Source: a virus. From it: 64,000 nt of DNA. Made by a program: the position numbers and the translations under genes. Shown one piece after another: positions 1 through 10,176 of the stretch; the first letter of the stretch is position 1; the number at the start of each line of letters is the position of its first letter. The stretch is taken from the IMG/VR virus record IMGVR_UViG_3300030037_000006, positions 1-64,000 of that record. One strand, given 5' to 3'. Below the pieces are notes generated by a model, which worked only from the letters and a program-made list of their open reading frames with translations, had not been told where the DNA came from and made no database searches.

Positions 1-62
1 TGTATGTCATTTTAGTATTCCTTTGTGAATAAATAGTTATAATAGAGGAGAAACAATTAAAA

Positions 63-236
63 ATGAAAAAACCTGTAAAACATGGACCTGATTTAATTCT
101 TGGTCATATTTTTACTGGCTATTCAGATGATATTATTCCAGTTTCTGAAACTGCTCTGGATATTCTGACAAGTATGATCCACTGCGGGTATACTTTAACA
201 GAATATCCAGAAGAATTCCAGATTCTTAAAACTTAA
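63..236 (+). CDS. small hypothetical protein (57 aa), not in ORF track
   Basis: ATG 63 to TAA 236, open (MKKPVKHGPDLILGHIF...); GAGGAG RBS at 45-50; AATAAATA late-like box at 28-35. Confidence 0.55.
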   Translation: MKKPVKHGPDLILGHIFTGYSDDIIPVSETALDILTSMIHCGYTLTEYPEEFQILKT

Positions 237-737
237 TTAGATAAACTTTACATAACTATTTGTCTTGATAAGTCTTTCATCTTTGAAATCCGCATGAGTA
301 AATTTATATTTTTTATTATGATCAGTAATATCTACTGCAATTATTTTTGATTTTCTGTTACGGTTGTTCCATTCAATTACCTGGAAGGTTTGTTTATCAT
401 TAGTTGTCTTAAAGATCTTTCCAAAGAGATTGGCTTCTACTCCCCAATAATCACAGTGATGTTCAAAATTTGCTTTAGCATCAGAACTTAATTTGTAGCT
501 TGATGATACTTTACCTTCATAAAGACTGTTAACTAAAGATTGAACCGAATCTTCTTCATCTTCAACTACTGGAACATAAAGTTTGCATTCTTTAATTATT
601 AGTCCACCTTCAGTACTAAGTTGAATCTTTTTAAGATTGTCAAATTCTAAGTTGTGCTTTGCTGCTACTGCTTTAATTGCTTCTTCCAATTCGCGGATAA
701 TCTTAGTTGCAGTAGCTTGTTTCATGTGGTTGCTCAT
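237..737 (-). CDS. hypothetical protein
   Basis: 166-aa ORF with AGGAG RBS; own GTTTAC-N17-TATACT promoter at 775-803. Confidence 0.7.
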   Translation of the reverse strand: MSNHMKQATATKIIRELEEAIKAVAAKHNLEFDNLKKIQLSTEGGLIIKECKLYVPVVEDEEDSVQSLVNSLYEGKVSSSYKLSSDAKANFEHHCDYWGVEANLFGKIFKTTNDKQTFQVIEWNNRNRKSKIIAVDITDHNKKYKFTHADFKDERLIKTNSYVKFI

Positions 738-808
738 CTTGGTAACTCCTTATGTATTAGTATATGCTTAGTATAGTATACACCTCCGAGTCCAAATGTA
801 AACCGCTA

Positions 809-1702
809 TTAGGAATAAATTTTATTAATTACTGCATTTTTATAATTCTTATCCATCGTTTCTATCAATCTCTCCTTTAAATAAGGAAAAGTATTAAATA
901 AATCATATACAGTTGGCTTTATCTTTTCTTTCTTTTTAGGTATTGGGATAGTTTTTCCGTGAGCTCCTATGCTATTATCATTCCACATTCCAGCATTGAA
1001 TGTTACTTTAATTGGCTCTGTTATTGCGGGATGTCCATATGAACCACTAAGACTAATAGTCTCAGTATCGAAAACATAAGATCTTCCATTCTTATTACCA
1101 AGAGTAGCATCGCCGTCATAGTCACTACCGAAGATAACATTTGAAACAATGTACAAATTCTTAATATCAAATACTAATCTATTCAAAGTATTAGAAAGCT
1201 TCGGATGTATTACAATATCAAACTTAAATTTAATTTGTCTACTTAGAGATATATTATACTCAAATGTTAGATCTTCTATAAGATACGATTGCTTCATAAC
1301 ATCATAAGTTATGTAAGTATTTAAAGTATTTGATACTGATGTATTAAATAAGCTTATGAAATACTCAACTCCTCTAAATGCATCTAACAGATTTTCATTA
1401 ATGTCTTTAGTTTTATGTTTGAACTTAAATTCCATTCGTTGATACTTCTTGCCATAAGTTGCACAAGGTGATTGAACTTCGGAACTTTCATCGAAGCCAT
1501 GTTCTCTAAATAGATCTACCGCTTCTATGGTATTGCCATCAATGACTTCATTCATACTATTAGCTAGGGCTGAGCCGCTCATACCATTCAGTATATTGCC
1601 ATAAGACCTAGATTTTCCTATAGATCTACCTGCGTTTATTAAATGTTGCGTATGCTGAGCATATCCAGATGTATTAATTACTGGCCATGGAGAATGTATC
1701 AT
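809..1702 (-). CDS. hypothetical protein, C-terminal -IYS motif
   Basis: 297-aa ORF abutting the upstream gene; ends NKIYS. Confidence 0.65.
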   Translation of the reverse strand: MIHSPWPVINTSGYAQHTQHLINAGRSIGKSRSYGNILNGMSGSALANSMNEVIDGNTIEAVDLFREHGFDESSEVQSPCATYGKKYQRMEFKFKHKTKDINENLLDAFRGVEYFISLFNTSVSNTLNTYITYDVMKQSYLIEDLTFEYNISLSRQIKFKFDIVIHPKLSNTLNRLVFDIKNLYIVSNVIFGSDYDGDATLGNKNGRSYVFDTETISLSGSYGHPAITEPIKVTFNAGMWNDNSIGAHGKTIPIPKKKEKIKPTVYDLFNTFPYLKERLIETMDKNYKNAVINKIYS

Positions 1703-1704
1703 GA

Positions 1705-2697
1705 CTAGTTAGTATAACGTAGACGATCTTTAATACTTACTGACATTCCAATATTCATAACGAAATGACTCTTAGTAGAAGGATCACCTTCTTGGTCTTT
1801 AGGATGATTGATAGGCCAGTGATCTCTTGTAGGAGAAGCCACTGGAATTTTGATAGTATCACTACTGAACCTACTAAGATATCTTGTTGAATCAGAGAAT
1901 CCGATAGCAGCATATACATCCGGATCAATGTCATTAATGTCATCAATTCGAATTACTTTAAATTTGTTGTTAGTAAGTGACATGATCTTCTTATCAATTA
2001 CATCTGATTTACTTCCATGAGTGTTTGATGCTAAGTAGAGAATTTTCTTTCTGTCATCAAAGTCATACTCAGTTTTGAGTTCTTCTGCAGTTTCTTTTGA
2101 TACACCAGTGAGTTGTCTTACAGAATATAGATCATTTGCTTTGAGTGCTTCTCTAACTAAAGTGCCACTTACATGAGTAACTGAATCAGAGCCTGCATAC
2201 GGATCATATTCTCTTGAAATTGATTTGATTTCTATAGTAAGATTAAGTTCTTCTACCATGTGAGGTTTAAGAAGTTGTTGGTAACCTTCAACTCTATCTG
2301 ATCCACATAGAACTTGAACTACTTCATAGCCTTCATCACGAAGATCAGATGTAATGCCAGGAATGTATCCAGTAGCTACTTCAATAATATCTTCATTTTC
2401 AGGATAGATCTCCTCAAAGACTTTCTTCTGTGTTTCAAATGTGAATGGATTAGTTTCTTTATCTTCAGATGTTTTCTTACCACGTACGATTGCTACGATA
2501 ACTGGATGATCTGCTTGTTTAGCAATATGAACATGTCCTTTAGTAGGAGGTTGAAATCTTCCAAGAACTAAAGAAATTTTAGTTTCAGCTGGTGTAGTAT
2601 TGAATACATGAGTTTTCTTTTCTTTGATAATATCGAGTGATTCTTTTACTGACATATGTATTTCCTTTTTTAATATTCTTGCTATAGTATATACCAC
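1705..2697 (-). CDS. cytidylyltransferase-like (HIGH/HxGH) nucleotidyltransferase with C-terminal extension
   Basis: GRFQPPTKGH, NPF, CGSDR and SGTLVRE motifs typical of the T4-like phage cytidyltransferase-like family; true start probably MSVKES (~2656). Confidence 0.8.
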   Translation of the reverse strand: MVYTIARILKKEIHMSVKESLDIIKEKKTHVFNTTPAETKISLVLGRFQPPTKGHVHIAKQADHPVIVAIVRGKKTSEDKETNPFTFETQKKVFEEIYPENEDIIEVATGYIPGITSDLRDEGYEVVQVLCGSDRVEGYQQLLKPHMVEELNLTIEIKSISREYDPYAGSDSVTHVSGTLVREALKANDLYSVRQLTGVSKETAEELKTEYDFDDRKKILYLASNTHGSKSDVIDKKIMSLTNNKFKVIRIDDINDIDPDVYAAIGFSDSTRYLSRFSSDTIKIPVASPTRDHWPINHPKDQEGDPSTKSHFVMNIGMSVSIKDRLRYTN

Positions 2698-2751
2698 AAA
2701 TAAACAAATAACATTGTTTCTTATAACTAAAATACAACTTAATTTAAAAAT

Positions 2752-3861
2752 ATGTGGTTATACGAAAATAGAAATGATTTCATGATTCCTGAAGATTCAG
2801 TAGGATTCATATACGAAATCAGAAGAACTAACTTAATCGAATCAATAGTAGAACCTTACTTATACATTGGTAAGAAACAACTCTTTGGTAAAGGGAAAGG
2901 CAATAAAGGTCAAGAATCAAATTGGCGTGAATATTGGGGCTCGTCTAATTACTTATGGGATGACATTAAAAAGTATGGAGAACAAGATTTTGAAAGACAT
3001 ATATTAATGTTCTGTTATTCTTATTCTGAACTTAACTGGGAAGAGCTTAGAATGCAAATAGAACTTGGTACTCTTGCTTATAATGAAAGAGCTCCAATGG
3101 AAAAGAAGTACTACAACTTTAATGTCATTCAGAAACTTTACAAAGATAGATACTTTGAGAATACTGATACCGAAAGAGTAGAAGCTTATTTAGATGAAGA
3201 CTTCCAAAGAGACTATCCTTTATATCTTACTAATGGCAAAGAGAATATCGTAATTGAGTATGGATTATATGATATCAAAGAATGCTTAAGATATTACCCG
3301 AGTTATAGAATTGGTACCACTCCTAATATTAGATTAGATGGAATTAAATTTGCTCACCTTCCTTGTTATGAGTATAAGTATAAAGCTAGTGCAGATGGAT
3401 CTCTTTTAGAATCTTTCGAAGGATATGACATTGTTAGTAATGCAGTAGCTCAGTTTTTTGGTACAACTGAAGAATGTAATGATCAACTTCAAGCTGATGG
3501 ATGGAAGCGTGGTCCATTGCAATTAGAACTAGAAGATGTCGAGAAAGTGATTATGGCAACTAACTATAATACTTTACAGACTGAGAATGTAGTTGAATCT
3601 GTGTTTAAAGAAGGGCCTTATGTGAAGTTTGGTACCAAGCCTATAGAAGTAAAGGAAGGTAAAGAAGTTATATTTAGAGGCTATGCTAAAAAGTTTATTA
3701 TTGAAAGTGGATATGATATCAAAGAATCTTGGATTACTCGAGTTCTTAAGAAATCTAGAATTGGATCATGGCAAGATCTTACTCCTACTTACACAAAGAA
3801 AGCCAGAGAAATTAACCCTGACCTTCTAGTAAAACGAACTAATAAAATTAAGAGTACATAG
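2752..3861 (+). CDS. GIY-YIG-like nuclease domain protein
   Basis: GFIY...YIGKK...ESNWREYWGS...FERHIL...YYN N-terminal domain. Confidence 0.65.
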   Translation: MWLYENRNDFMIPEDSVGFIYEIRRTNLIESIVEPYLYIGKKQLFGKGKGNKGQESNWREYWGSSNYLWDDIKKYGEQDFERHILMFCYSYSELNWEELRMQIELGTLAYNERAPMEKKYYNFNVIQKLYKDRYFENTDTERVEAYLDEDFQRDYPLYLTNGKENIVIEYGLYDIKECLRYYPSYRIGTTPNIRLDGIKFAHLPCYEYKYKASADGSLLESFEGYDIVSNAVAQFFGTTEECNDQLQADGWKRGPLQLELEDVEKVIMATNYNTLQTENVVESVFKEGPYVKFGTKPIEVKEGKEVIFRGYAKKFIIESGYDIKESWITRVLKKSRIGSWQDLTPTYTKKAREINPDLLVKRTNKIKST

Positions 3862-4345
3862 CTTCGTAACGTTTTCTCTCTAGGATTTCTTCTAGAGAGA
3901 TTCCTTTATCAAAGATTCTGATGTTAGTACTATCATGATAGTGTGGCATTCTGGTTTTAGTTGTTTTATCTATCTCATATTTATCAAACAATAATGTTTG
4001 GACACCAAGTGTAGATGCAAAGTATTTGCTAGATACTTTAACACGCTCAGCCACAGCTTGTATCTGACTATCGGATAAGCTTCCAAATTCTCTCATTACT
4101 ATCTTGCATCGTATACGATTATCTAATAGCTTAAAGAACAATGACTTCTTTGATTGAAGTTGTTCTGTTCTGAAGCCTGTATAGTTGTTGAACTCTATCC
4201 ACTTACCTATGTATCCAAGAGATCTAAGCTTACAGAATTGATTGTTTGATATAAATTTACTTCCATACTTATTAGGAAACTTTTTAGACTCGATTTTAAC
4301 TCTGCCTAAGTTGTCTAGATTAACGAACTTAAACATTAGCGCCAC
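3848..4345 (-). CDS. hypothetical protein, C-terminal -MYS motif
   Basis: 165-aa ORF coupled to the upstream gene; ends EAMYS. Confidence 0.65.
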   Translation of the reverse strand: MALMFKFVNLDNLGRVKIESKKFPNKYGSKFISNNQFCKLRSLGYIGKWIEFNNYTGFRTEQLQSKKSLFFKLLDNRIRCKIVMREFGSLSDSQIQAVAERVKVSSKYFASTLGVQTLLFDKYEIDKTTKTRMPHYHDSTNIRIFDKGISLEEILERKRYEAMYS

Positions 4346-4560
4346 AGAATTACATATTCACCAAAGTAAGAATCAAATACTTCTACGGCGTTTTCATAAT
4401 CAGAAGACATCATAAGTGCACAAATACCTTTTGCATCCAAACCAAGTTGTCTAGCTAGTTGAGTAGCATGGCCCATCAATACAAATACATTTCCTTCAGG
4501 ACCAGTGAGATCAATTTCAATTTTACGATCTTCAATATCTGATTTATGTTTGATAGCCAT
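4336..4560 (-). CDS. small conserved-looking phage protein
   Basis: IDLTGPEGNVFVLMG...SSDYE motif, recognised from many phage and bacterial small proteins. Confidence 0.65.
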   Translation of the reverse strand: MAIKHKSDIEDRKIEIDLTGPEGNVFVLMGHATQLARQLGLDAKGICALMMSSDYENAVEVFDSYFGEYVILWR

Positions 4561-4895
4561 TATGAAATCTCCGCTAATTTTAAATAAAATGTTTCTTTTT
4601 CAACTTCATCAGATCCATAACATGGAACTTCAAGTCCTATGTGATGTAAGAATACTTCACTAATCAAACGTTCTCTTACACAAGTATCAGTCCAAGTATT
4701 GTTGATAATTTCTTCAGTAAGATCAAGATCTAACTCACATTCTATAATATCCATGAAGTGAAACTTAGTTCCGTAATGATCATTGATGTATTGTGCTACT
4801 TCTTTGACGTTTTCCATTGGACCGGACTTGCCAACTCTTAAAATTATATCGGGCATAATGAGTTCCTTTATATTAATGTTGATATACAATACCAC
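4560..4895 (-). CDS. hypothetical protein
   Basis: ORF; true start likely MPDIIL (4856) after AAGGA RBS. Confidence 0.6.
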   Translation of the reverse strand: MVLYININIKELIMPDIILRVGKSGPMENVKEVAQYINDHYGTKFHFMDIIECELDLDLTEEIINNTWTDTCVRERLISEVFLHHIGLEVPCYGSDEVEKETFYLKLAEIS

Positions 4896-4914
4896 ACATT
4901 AACATAAAGTACAA
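4886..4914 (-). promoter_or_regulatory. sigma70-type early promoter (TTGTAC-N17-TATTGT), representative of a family
   Basis: Same -35/-10 with an exactly 17-nt spacer at 775-803, 5372-5400, 7918-7946, 11547-11575, 14565-14593, 17946-17974, 21952-21980 (all minus) and 24523-24551, 60888-60916, 61749-61777 (plus). Confidence 0.8.
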
Positions 4915-4924
4915 TCACTTTTGG

Positions 4925-5350
4925 TTAATCTTCTTGAAATTGAGTTTCCATTGCTGTTTCAATTACTTCAGACCATTCCATTACATCTAAATGAGTAGTA
5001 GATTTATTAACTTTACTGACAAGATCTTTCATAATATCAAAGCCAGGATTATCTTCAATGTCATCGCCAATATCATTAATGCTATTTGCTAAAGTACTAA
5101 ACACTGCTGGATCTTTAGTGTCGGCTCTTAGAGCAATCTTAATATCTCCTACTGATATACCATTATAAAGAGAATCGATCACCTCTTTATTCATATCATC
5201 AGATAGACCATAATGAGAGAATGTAGTTTCAAATCTTTCTTTAGATATCTGAGATTTTTCATCATGCATTAATTTCATGAATTTGTTATTTTCTTCAGGT
5301 GTATTGGCTTCATTAAAAGTCATACTGTTAATGTCATTAATTGTACTCAT
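4925..5350 (-). CDS. hypothetical acidic protein
   Basis: 141-aa ORF with AGGAG RBS and own promoter at 5372-5400. Confidence 0.7.
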   Translation of the reverse strand: MSTINDINSMTFNEANTPEENNKFMKLMHDEKSQISKERFETTFSHYGLSDDMNKEVIDSLYNGISVGDIKIALRADTKDPAVFSTLANSINDIGDDIEDNPGFDIMKDLVSKVNKSTTHLDVMEWSEVIETAMETQFQED

Positions 5351-5408
5351 TATAAACTCCTTGTTTTTATTAAGTTAACTTACATTTAAGTTCTGTACAA
5401 TCTATTTA

Positions 5409-7106
5409 TTAACTAACTGCTACTTTTTCTTGATTTGGAAGGTAAAGATCTTCTAACTCTCTATTTACTTTGATGTCTTGTTCAATTCTATCAACGTTTC
5501 GTTTAGTCTCACGACTTTGTTCGATTTCACTAATAGTTGTGATAAACTTCGTAAGCATTCCGCAGATATCTTCTACTTGAATTGTATTGACTTCTGATTC
5601 AATTAAAGTAATCCAGACTTTGAAATATCTTTCCATAGCTCTTGCTACTTCTCGAGTTTCAGTAACCTTTTCGATTTTTACTTTAGCATCTGATAGAGAT
5701 GTAGTTAGCATAGAATTCATATCACCGTAAATCGATTTTGCTACAGCTGAAGTAGAATTCATATGTGACATAGCTTCACCTGACTGGTTTATTTTAATAA
5801 GCTTTTCATGAGACTCTTTGAGAATATTCAACTTCGAATCTAACTGAGAACTAAGATCATATATAGTATCCTTAAGTCTTAATGCTGCATGCTCAAGTTT
5901 AGGTAGATCATTAGGAGTATTCATAAGATTATATAATTCTTTGATTGAATCTTCGATTTGACCAATTGTATACGTCTTAATCTTAGCCGCATTTGTTGCA
6001 TGATCATTAGTGGATTGCGATGCAGTTTTTAATACACATACATTAACATGTGGAGCAGATCCTTTAGATGCAATATCTTCGAGTGTCAATGTTTTTTGTA
6101 ATCGTCCTTTAAGAAATATAGATATTCCTATAGTCATAATGATTATCATGGCCATTACCATTGAACACATAAACAATCCACCACTTGATTCGAATTTAGA
6201 CATATCGCCTTTAGGAACAGATGCAATTTTATGTAATATTATAGCGATGCCAGCAATACCTCCTATTGCCGTTCCTACAAGAAGAGATCTATAAGTAACT
6301 TCATGACTTTGTTGTGCTGCAGCTAATTTAATATGTTGGTCTTCTTTGTCTGATTGCTTATCCATTTCTTCAAATATCCTTGCCGATTCCCGGCTTTCTG
6401 ATTCACGTTCTTTTAAGTATTCTTCATCGTCCTTTAGACGTATATCATCTCTTATTTTTTGTTTAACATCATCTATACAATGTCCTGCATCTAAATAAGA
6501 TTTTATATTAGATTGCCACTCAACTGGATATGAATCAAAATGTCCTTCCATAGCTAGTCGAGTGCGATCATTTTTAACATGTTCTTCTACCTTTTTCAAT
6601 ATGATTCTTTTACTCCAACCAGCCTTCATATATCTTCTGATTTTGCTTTTGTATTTAAATTTATATTTAGAATAATCAGGATCTTCTTTAATAATCAAGT
6701 TAAGTCTGTTAGTCTCAGATTCACGAAGTTCTTTTGCAGTAACATCAGAAGGACCATCATAGTCAGGAGATACTGCAGGATCATAAGCTGATAACGTTAC
6801 AAGTGTTGCATCGTTTTGAGTCACATCTCTAGATATAATGCGAATACCTTCAGGTCCTAAGCATCTTTTAAATGTCATCAAAATCATCCTCTTAGTATCA
6901 AGAAGCCCATGACCATTTTTTAGATGCTTAAGTATATATCCGCGAGTATCATCCCAATCTTTCACCCAAAACAAATGCTTAAAGTTGTTATCAACAAAAT
7001 CGTCATCAGTATGAGATAACTTATCTCCATGAATATCAGCTAAACTTTCATATTGATCACTTGTCATTCTGCTGCTCCATGGTGATCTGTTTATCGGTCT
7101 CGCCAT
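5409..7106 (-). CDS. membrane-anchored coiled-coil protein
   Basis: Two hydrophobic segments (LLVGTAIGGIAGIAIIL; GGLFMCSMVMAMIIIMTIGISIFL) flanked by heptad-rich helical regions. Confidence 0.6.
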   Translation of the reverse strand: MARPINRSPWSSRMTSDQYESLADIHGDKLSHTDDDFVDNNFKHLFWVKDWDDTRGYILKHLKNGHGLLDTKRMILMTFKRCLGPEGIRIISRDVTQNDATLVTLSAYDPAVSPDYDGPSDVTAKELRESETNRLNLIIKEDPDYSKYKFKYKSKIRRYMKAGWSKRIILKKVEEHVKNDRTRLAMEGHFDSYPVEWQSNIKSYLDAGHCIDDVKQKIRDDIRLKDDEEYLKERESESRESARIFEEMDKQSDKEDQHIKLAAAQQSHEVTYRSLLVGTAIGGIAGIAIILHKIASVPKGDMSKFESSGGLFMCSMVMAMIIIMTIGISIFLKGRLQKTLTLEDIASKGSAPHVNVCVLKTASQSTNDHATNAAKIKTYTIGQIEDSIKELYNLMNTPNDLPKLEHAALRLKDTIYDLSSQLDSKLNILKESHEKLIKINQSGEAMSHMNSTSAVAKSIYGDMNSMLTTSLSDAKVKIEKVTETREVARAMERYFKVWITLIESEVNTIQVEDICGMLTKFITTISEIEQSRETKRNVDRIEQDIKVNRELEDLYLPNQEKVAVS

Positions 7107-7329
7107 TTGGATACTCCTTTTCGGTCCATGGTTTAAATCTGAGACATTTTAAAGTTTTTGGACCACGACCAAAATCTCTCGCTGCGTGGTGTCCATTGAG
7201 TCCATTAGGACCAGTGAACCATGAACGAATGTCATCATCATTCATGTATTTAGGAAAGTAGTAATCTTGTTCTAATACAATTCTTACTCTTTTGTTTTGA
7301 CTATAAAAGTCATCTACATCATCTTTCAT
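7057..7329 (-). CDS. hypothetical protein
   Basis: 90-aa ORF coupled to its neighbours. Confidence 0.5.
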   Translation of the reverse strand: MKDDVDDFYSQNKRVRIVLEQDYYFPKYMNDDDIRSWFTGPNGLNGHHAARDFGRGPKTLKCLRFKPWTEKEYPNGETDKQITMEQQNDK

Positions 7330-7889
7330 AGAGAATTCCGAGGTTGTATGTTTGAAATATAAAATGTTGGAGGTTGATCAGGTGATTTGTACCACGCTGC
7401 TGCATCACACGTAGGATCCAGTTGATACATAACACCAAGTTCATGTGTTTTATCTAAGCTTACTAAAGGGTAAGGTAGATATGATGCTAAAGTATGTTCT
7501 TTGTTAAGATCAGATAATTCCTTTTCTGTAAGAGGTATCCCTATTCTGTTGTACTTTCTATTAAACAGATTGCCTGGAGATGTACGACAAATTTGTTTAA
7601 CACCTGTCTTAAGACGCTCAGAGATATACATCAATTGATTTGTCTTTCTATTAAGAGGTCTATTAGGAAGTCTATTCTTTTGACGCTCATCAAACTTTCT
7701 AAGGAAAGTATACTTACACGTATTAGAATAGAATACGTGACCCGGTCTTATTTTTGAAGGACTAGTAATGCCAGCATCTTTAAGGAAATGTTTAGTAACC
7801 TTCTTGTCGAGTTGAAGTCGACTTAATCCATCTATCTCATCACCTCCGTACATTTTAAGTGTAGCTTCTATAGTATCTCTGTTTGACAT
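7326..7889 (-). CDS. hypothetical basic protein
   Basis: 187-aa ORF, AGGAG RBS, promoter at 7918-7946. Confidence 0.65.
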   Translation of the reverse strand: MSNRDTIEATLKMYGGDEIDGLSRLQLDKKVTKHFLKDAGITSPSKIRPGHVFYSNTCKYTFLRKFDERQKNRLPNRPLNRKTNQLMYISERLKTGVKQICRTSPGNLFNRKYNRIGIPLTEKELSDLNKEHTLASYLPYPLVSLDKTHELGVMYQLDPTCDAAAWYKSPDQPPTFYISNIQPRNSL

Positions 7890-7931
7890 CGTATGTCTCC
7901 TTATTATTGCTTATCTAATAATATACCTTGA

Positions 7932-7977
7932 ATATGATAAGTACAACACAAAAGGCCTAAATAATAGACCTTTTATT
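7932..7977 (-). repeat. terminator + early promoter cassette, copy 1
   Basis: atatgataagtacaacacaaaaggcctaaataatagaccttttatt recurs at 14579-14625 with a 1-nt indel. Confidence 0.85.
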
Positions 7978-7987
7978 TTGTTTATTT

Positions 7988-8626
7988 TTAAATTTCTTTG
8001 ATACTTGTATAATCGTTACTTAATTCTCTTAGGTTAAAAGTTGCAACCTTTTTGAATATTGTATGAGGACCTGGTTCGTTGAGTCCTGCGTTAAAATATC
8101 CCAAAGTATAGTTGTTAGTATAACCAATGCTGCTATTATAAGATAATGTTATGTTAAGAATCTTGAACTTTACTTTAGTTCCGCAATATAAGTTTCTAAC
8201 TTTAGGGGATGATTCTGCAATATAGCATTTGTCTACTATAAGATCTATTAATCTATTTGAATTAAGATCTCTCTGTTTATCTTCAACATCACTTTGCATT
8301 CTATCATTAATAGTAATAACCCAACTACTACTTTTAATTTCATCAGTTAGCCGCTTTATCATTTCTTTATTTTGTTTGTTAGTCCAAATCTCGCGCTGAT
8401 GATTAGTAGCATAAGTTTCTTGACGCTTAATCAATCCATTTACTTTAATGTAACCAAGTAGCTGACGTCTAGCAAATCGAGATTTATTAATATCTCCAGC
8501 ATCAGTGAATCGTTTAGCACGGAGTTGATTATACATGTACTTAAGTTCAGAGTTTGAATATGACATCTTAGATTTAAAATCTTCAAAATGTAATCTCAAA
8601 AATTCAAAGTTAATATTCATTCTCAT
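7988..8626 (-). CDS. hypothetical protein
   Basis: 212-aa ORF. Confidence 0.6.
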   Translation of the reverse strand: MRMNINFEFLRLHFEDFKSKMSYSNSELKYMYNQLRAKRFTDAGDINKSRFARRQLLGYIKVNGLIKRQETYATNHQREIWTNKQNKEMIKRLTDEIKSSSWVITINDRMQSDVEDKQRDLNSNRLIDLIVDKCYIAESSPKVRNLYCGTKVKFKILNITLSYNSSIGYTNNYTLGYFNAGLNEPGPHTIFKKVATFNLRELSNDYTSIKEI

Positions 8627-8627
8627 C

Positions 8628-9692
8628 TTAAACCTCCGTGTTTAAAACTTCTAATGCTGCTCTTACAATTGTACTTGAAGTACCATCATCTTTATAAATG
8701 CTGGTTGGAACAAATTCTACATACTGAGCAATTTCAGTTGGTACTTCAGGCTTAGTAGAACCTTGTCTTTCAAATACCATGAACTTACATTTGTTCTTTA
8801 CACACATTTCATAGAAAGTATTTAGCATAATGTTCTCGCTATCGTGATAATACTTAGTATCAAGAATTCGAGTAAAGGTATCCATGCCTACTAGGAAAGT
8901 AGAGAAAGGATTCTCTTTAGCTTTGTCAATAAAGAAAGCATTCTTGGAGTAAATTACACCAAAATCGCCAGTAGTATCAATTTTTTCAGAAATTACTTTG
9001 CCACGTTTAGCAAGAATAAGTCTAGTCACAGGTTCTTTATCAGCGTTCACTGCTGAAAATTCAAAATCTAAAGATGATCCAGGATTCTCATTAAGCATTA
9101 CTGTAGCAATTTCAATATGCTTCGAGTGTACTGGATTGAATGAGCCAGGAAATACAAAGTGTTTAACTTCATCAACTACTACTACATTTGACAATTTAGA
9201 TTTGATACCTGTGAAATAGTAAATAGCATCTAATACAGTGTCAGCTACTAATGATTCTTGAGATTCTCTGTTACCTTCGTAAATATTGAAATCAGTAAGA
9301 TCATTAATCTTTAAGTGTAAGTCTAACTGAGTTTTTTTACTTTGAATTGTAATGAATGCTTCGTTAGTTCTACCTTTACGATCATCAGGTCCGCGAGTTA
9401 ATGATGCAGTTACACCTACAGCAATATCAGTACGATCATCTTCCGTAAGTGTTCTATCTAATTTCTGTAATACAGAATCTGACAATCGCTGTGAGATCTC
9501 AGTATTACAAAAGCTTTCAACTGAGCCAATCTCGTTAACTAAAGATTCCATGCTGTATGGAACATTAAATGAATCAACTAATGACGAAGAGCCACCGTGT
9601 CCAAGTAATTTATGGCAAAGGATTGTTCCTCCACCTGTAATCATAATACCTAAACGTGAATTGCTGCATTGCAATTTGCGTAGCTCTGTCAT
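8628..9692 (-). CDS. CinA/PncC-like domain fused to an NMN/NaMN adenylyltransferase-like domain
   Basis: N-terminal ITGGG...GGSS...VPYS...AVGVTASL; C-terminal FPGSFNPVH, NADK, FIDKA, VGMDTFTRILDTKYY, SSTIVR. Confidence 0.75.
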   Translation of the reverse strand: MTELRKLQCSNSRLGIMITGGGTILCHKLLGHGGSSSLVDSFNVPYSMESLVNEIGSVESFCNTEISQRLSDSVLQKLDRTLTEDDRTDIAVGVTASLTRGPDDRKGRTNEAFITIQSKKTQLDLHLKINDLTDFNIYEGNRESQESLVADTVLDAIYYFTGIKSKLSNVVVVDEVKHFVFPGSFNPVHSKHIEIATVMLNENPGSSLDFEFSAVNADKEPVTRLILAKRGKVISEKIDTTGDFGVIYSKNAFFIDKAKENPFSTFLVGMDTFTRILDTKYYHDSENIMLNTFYEMCVKNKCKFMVFERQGSTKPEVPTEIAQYVEFVPTSIYKDDGTSSTIVRAALEVLNTEV

Positions 9693-9707
9693 TAGTTTCT
9701 CCTTAGT

Positions 9708-10052
9708 TTAACTGTACATTTGACTAGTTATTAATTGTAGTTTCTGATCTTCAGTAAGCAAGTGTGAAATGTTAATAGCTTTTGCTACAACGAATCTTCC
9801 TTGCATTTCTTGTTCGTGTGTTGATATAAACTTAACACCGTTTTCGGTAATTGACAACTCCTTTACTAACAAAGATGGAATTTTCTTTCTAGAGTTATCT
9901 GCGTTGCGAGTCTTTACCGTTGTTACAGCGTACGATGCTAAGTTGCTAGATGATTTATATCCGCCTTTGATCATGCATATTACATCGTTTTCTTTGATAA
10001 CATTACCGATGTAGTCAAAGCTTTCTAATTCTGGTTTTATTTTCTTAGTCAT
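9708..10052 (-). CDS. hypothetical protein, C-terminal -MYS motif
   Basis: 114-aa ORF, AGGA RBS; ends SQMYS. Confidence 0.65.
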   Translation of the reverse strand: MTKKIKPELESFDYIGNVIKENDVICMIKGGYKSSSNLASYAVTTVKTRNADNSRKKIPSLLVKELSITENGVKFISTHEQEMQGRFVVAKAINISHLLTEDQKLQLITSQMYS

Positions 10053-10091
10053 TGTTTCTTATCCTGTTTATTAAATAAGAAACATAAAATT

Positions 10092-10113
10092 TGCTAGTCT
10101 TTCCTAGCAGTCA
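10092..10113 (-). repeat. TGAC-hairpin(GAAAGA) motif, copy outside the tRNA cluster
   Basis: TGACTGCTAGGAAAGACTAGCA, identical to the copy at 16131-16152. Confidence 0.85.
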
Positions 10114-10176
10114 TCTTGCTATTGTATGTTCTCAAAATACTAACTTATAAGTAAGTTATATAGCAAGAAAGATCTT

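Noticed and set aside
3848-9720. C-terminal MY/LY motif as a by-product of overlapping TTGTAC promoters
   Set aside because: Codons differ among members and none reads TTGTAC. Only the LYK end at 62260 overlaps a TATAAATA-like box, so that member is weaker
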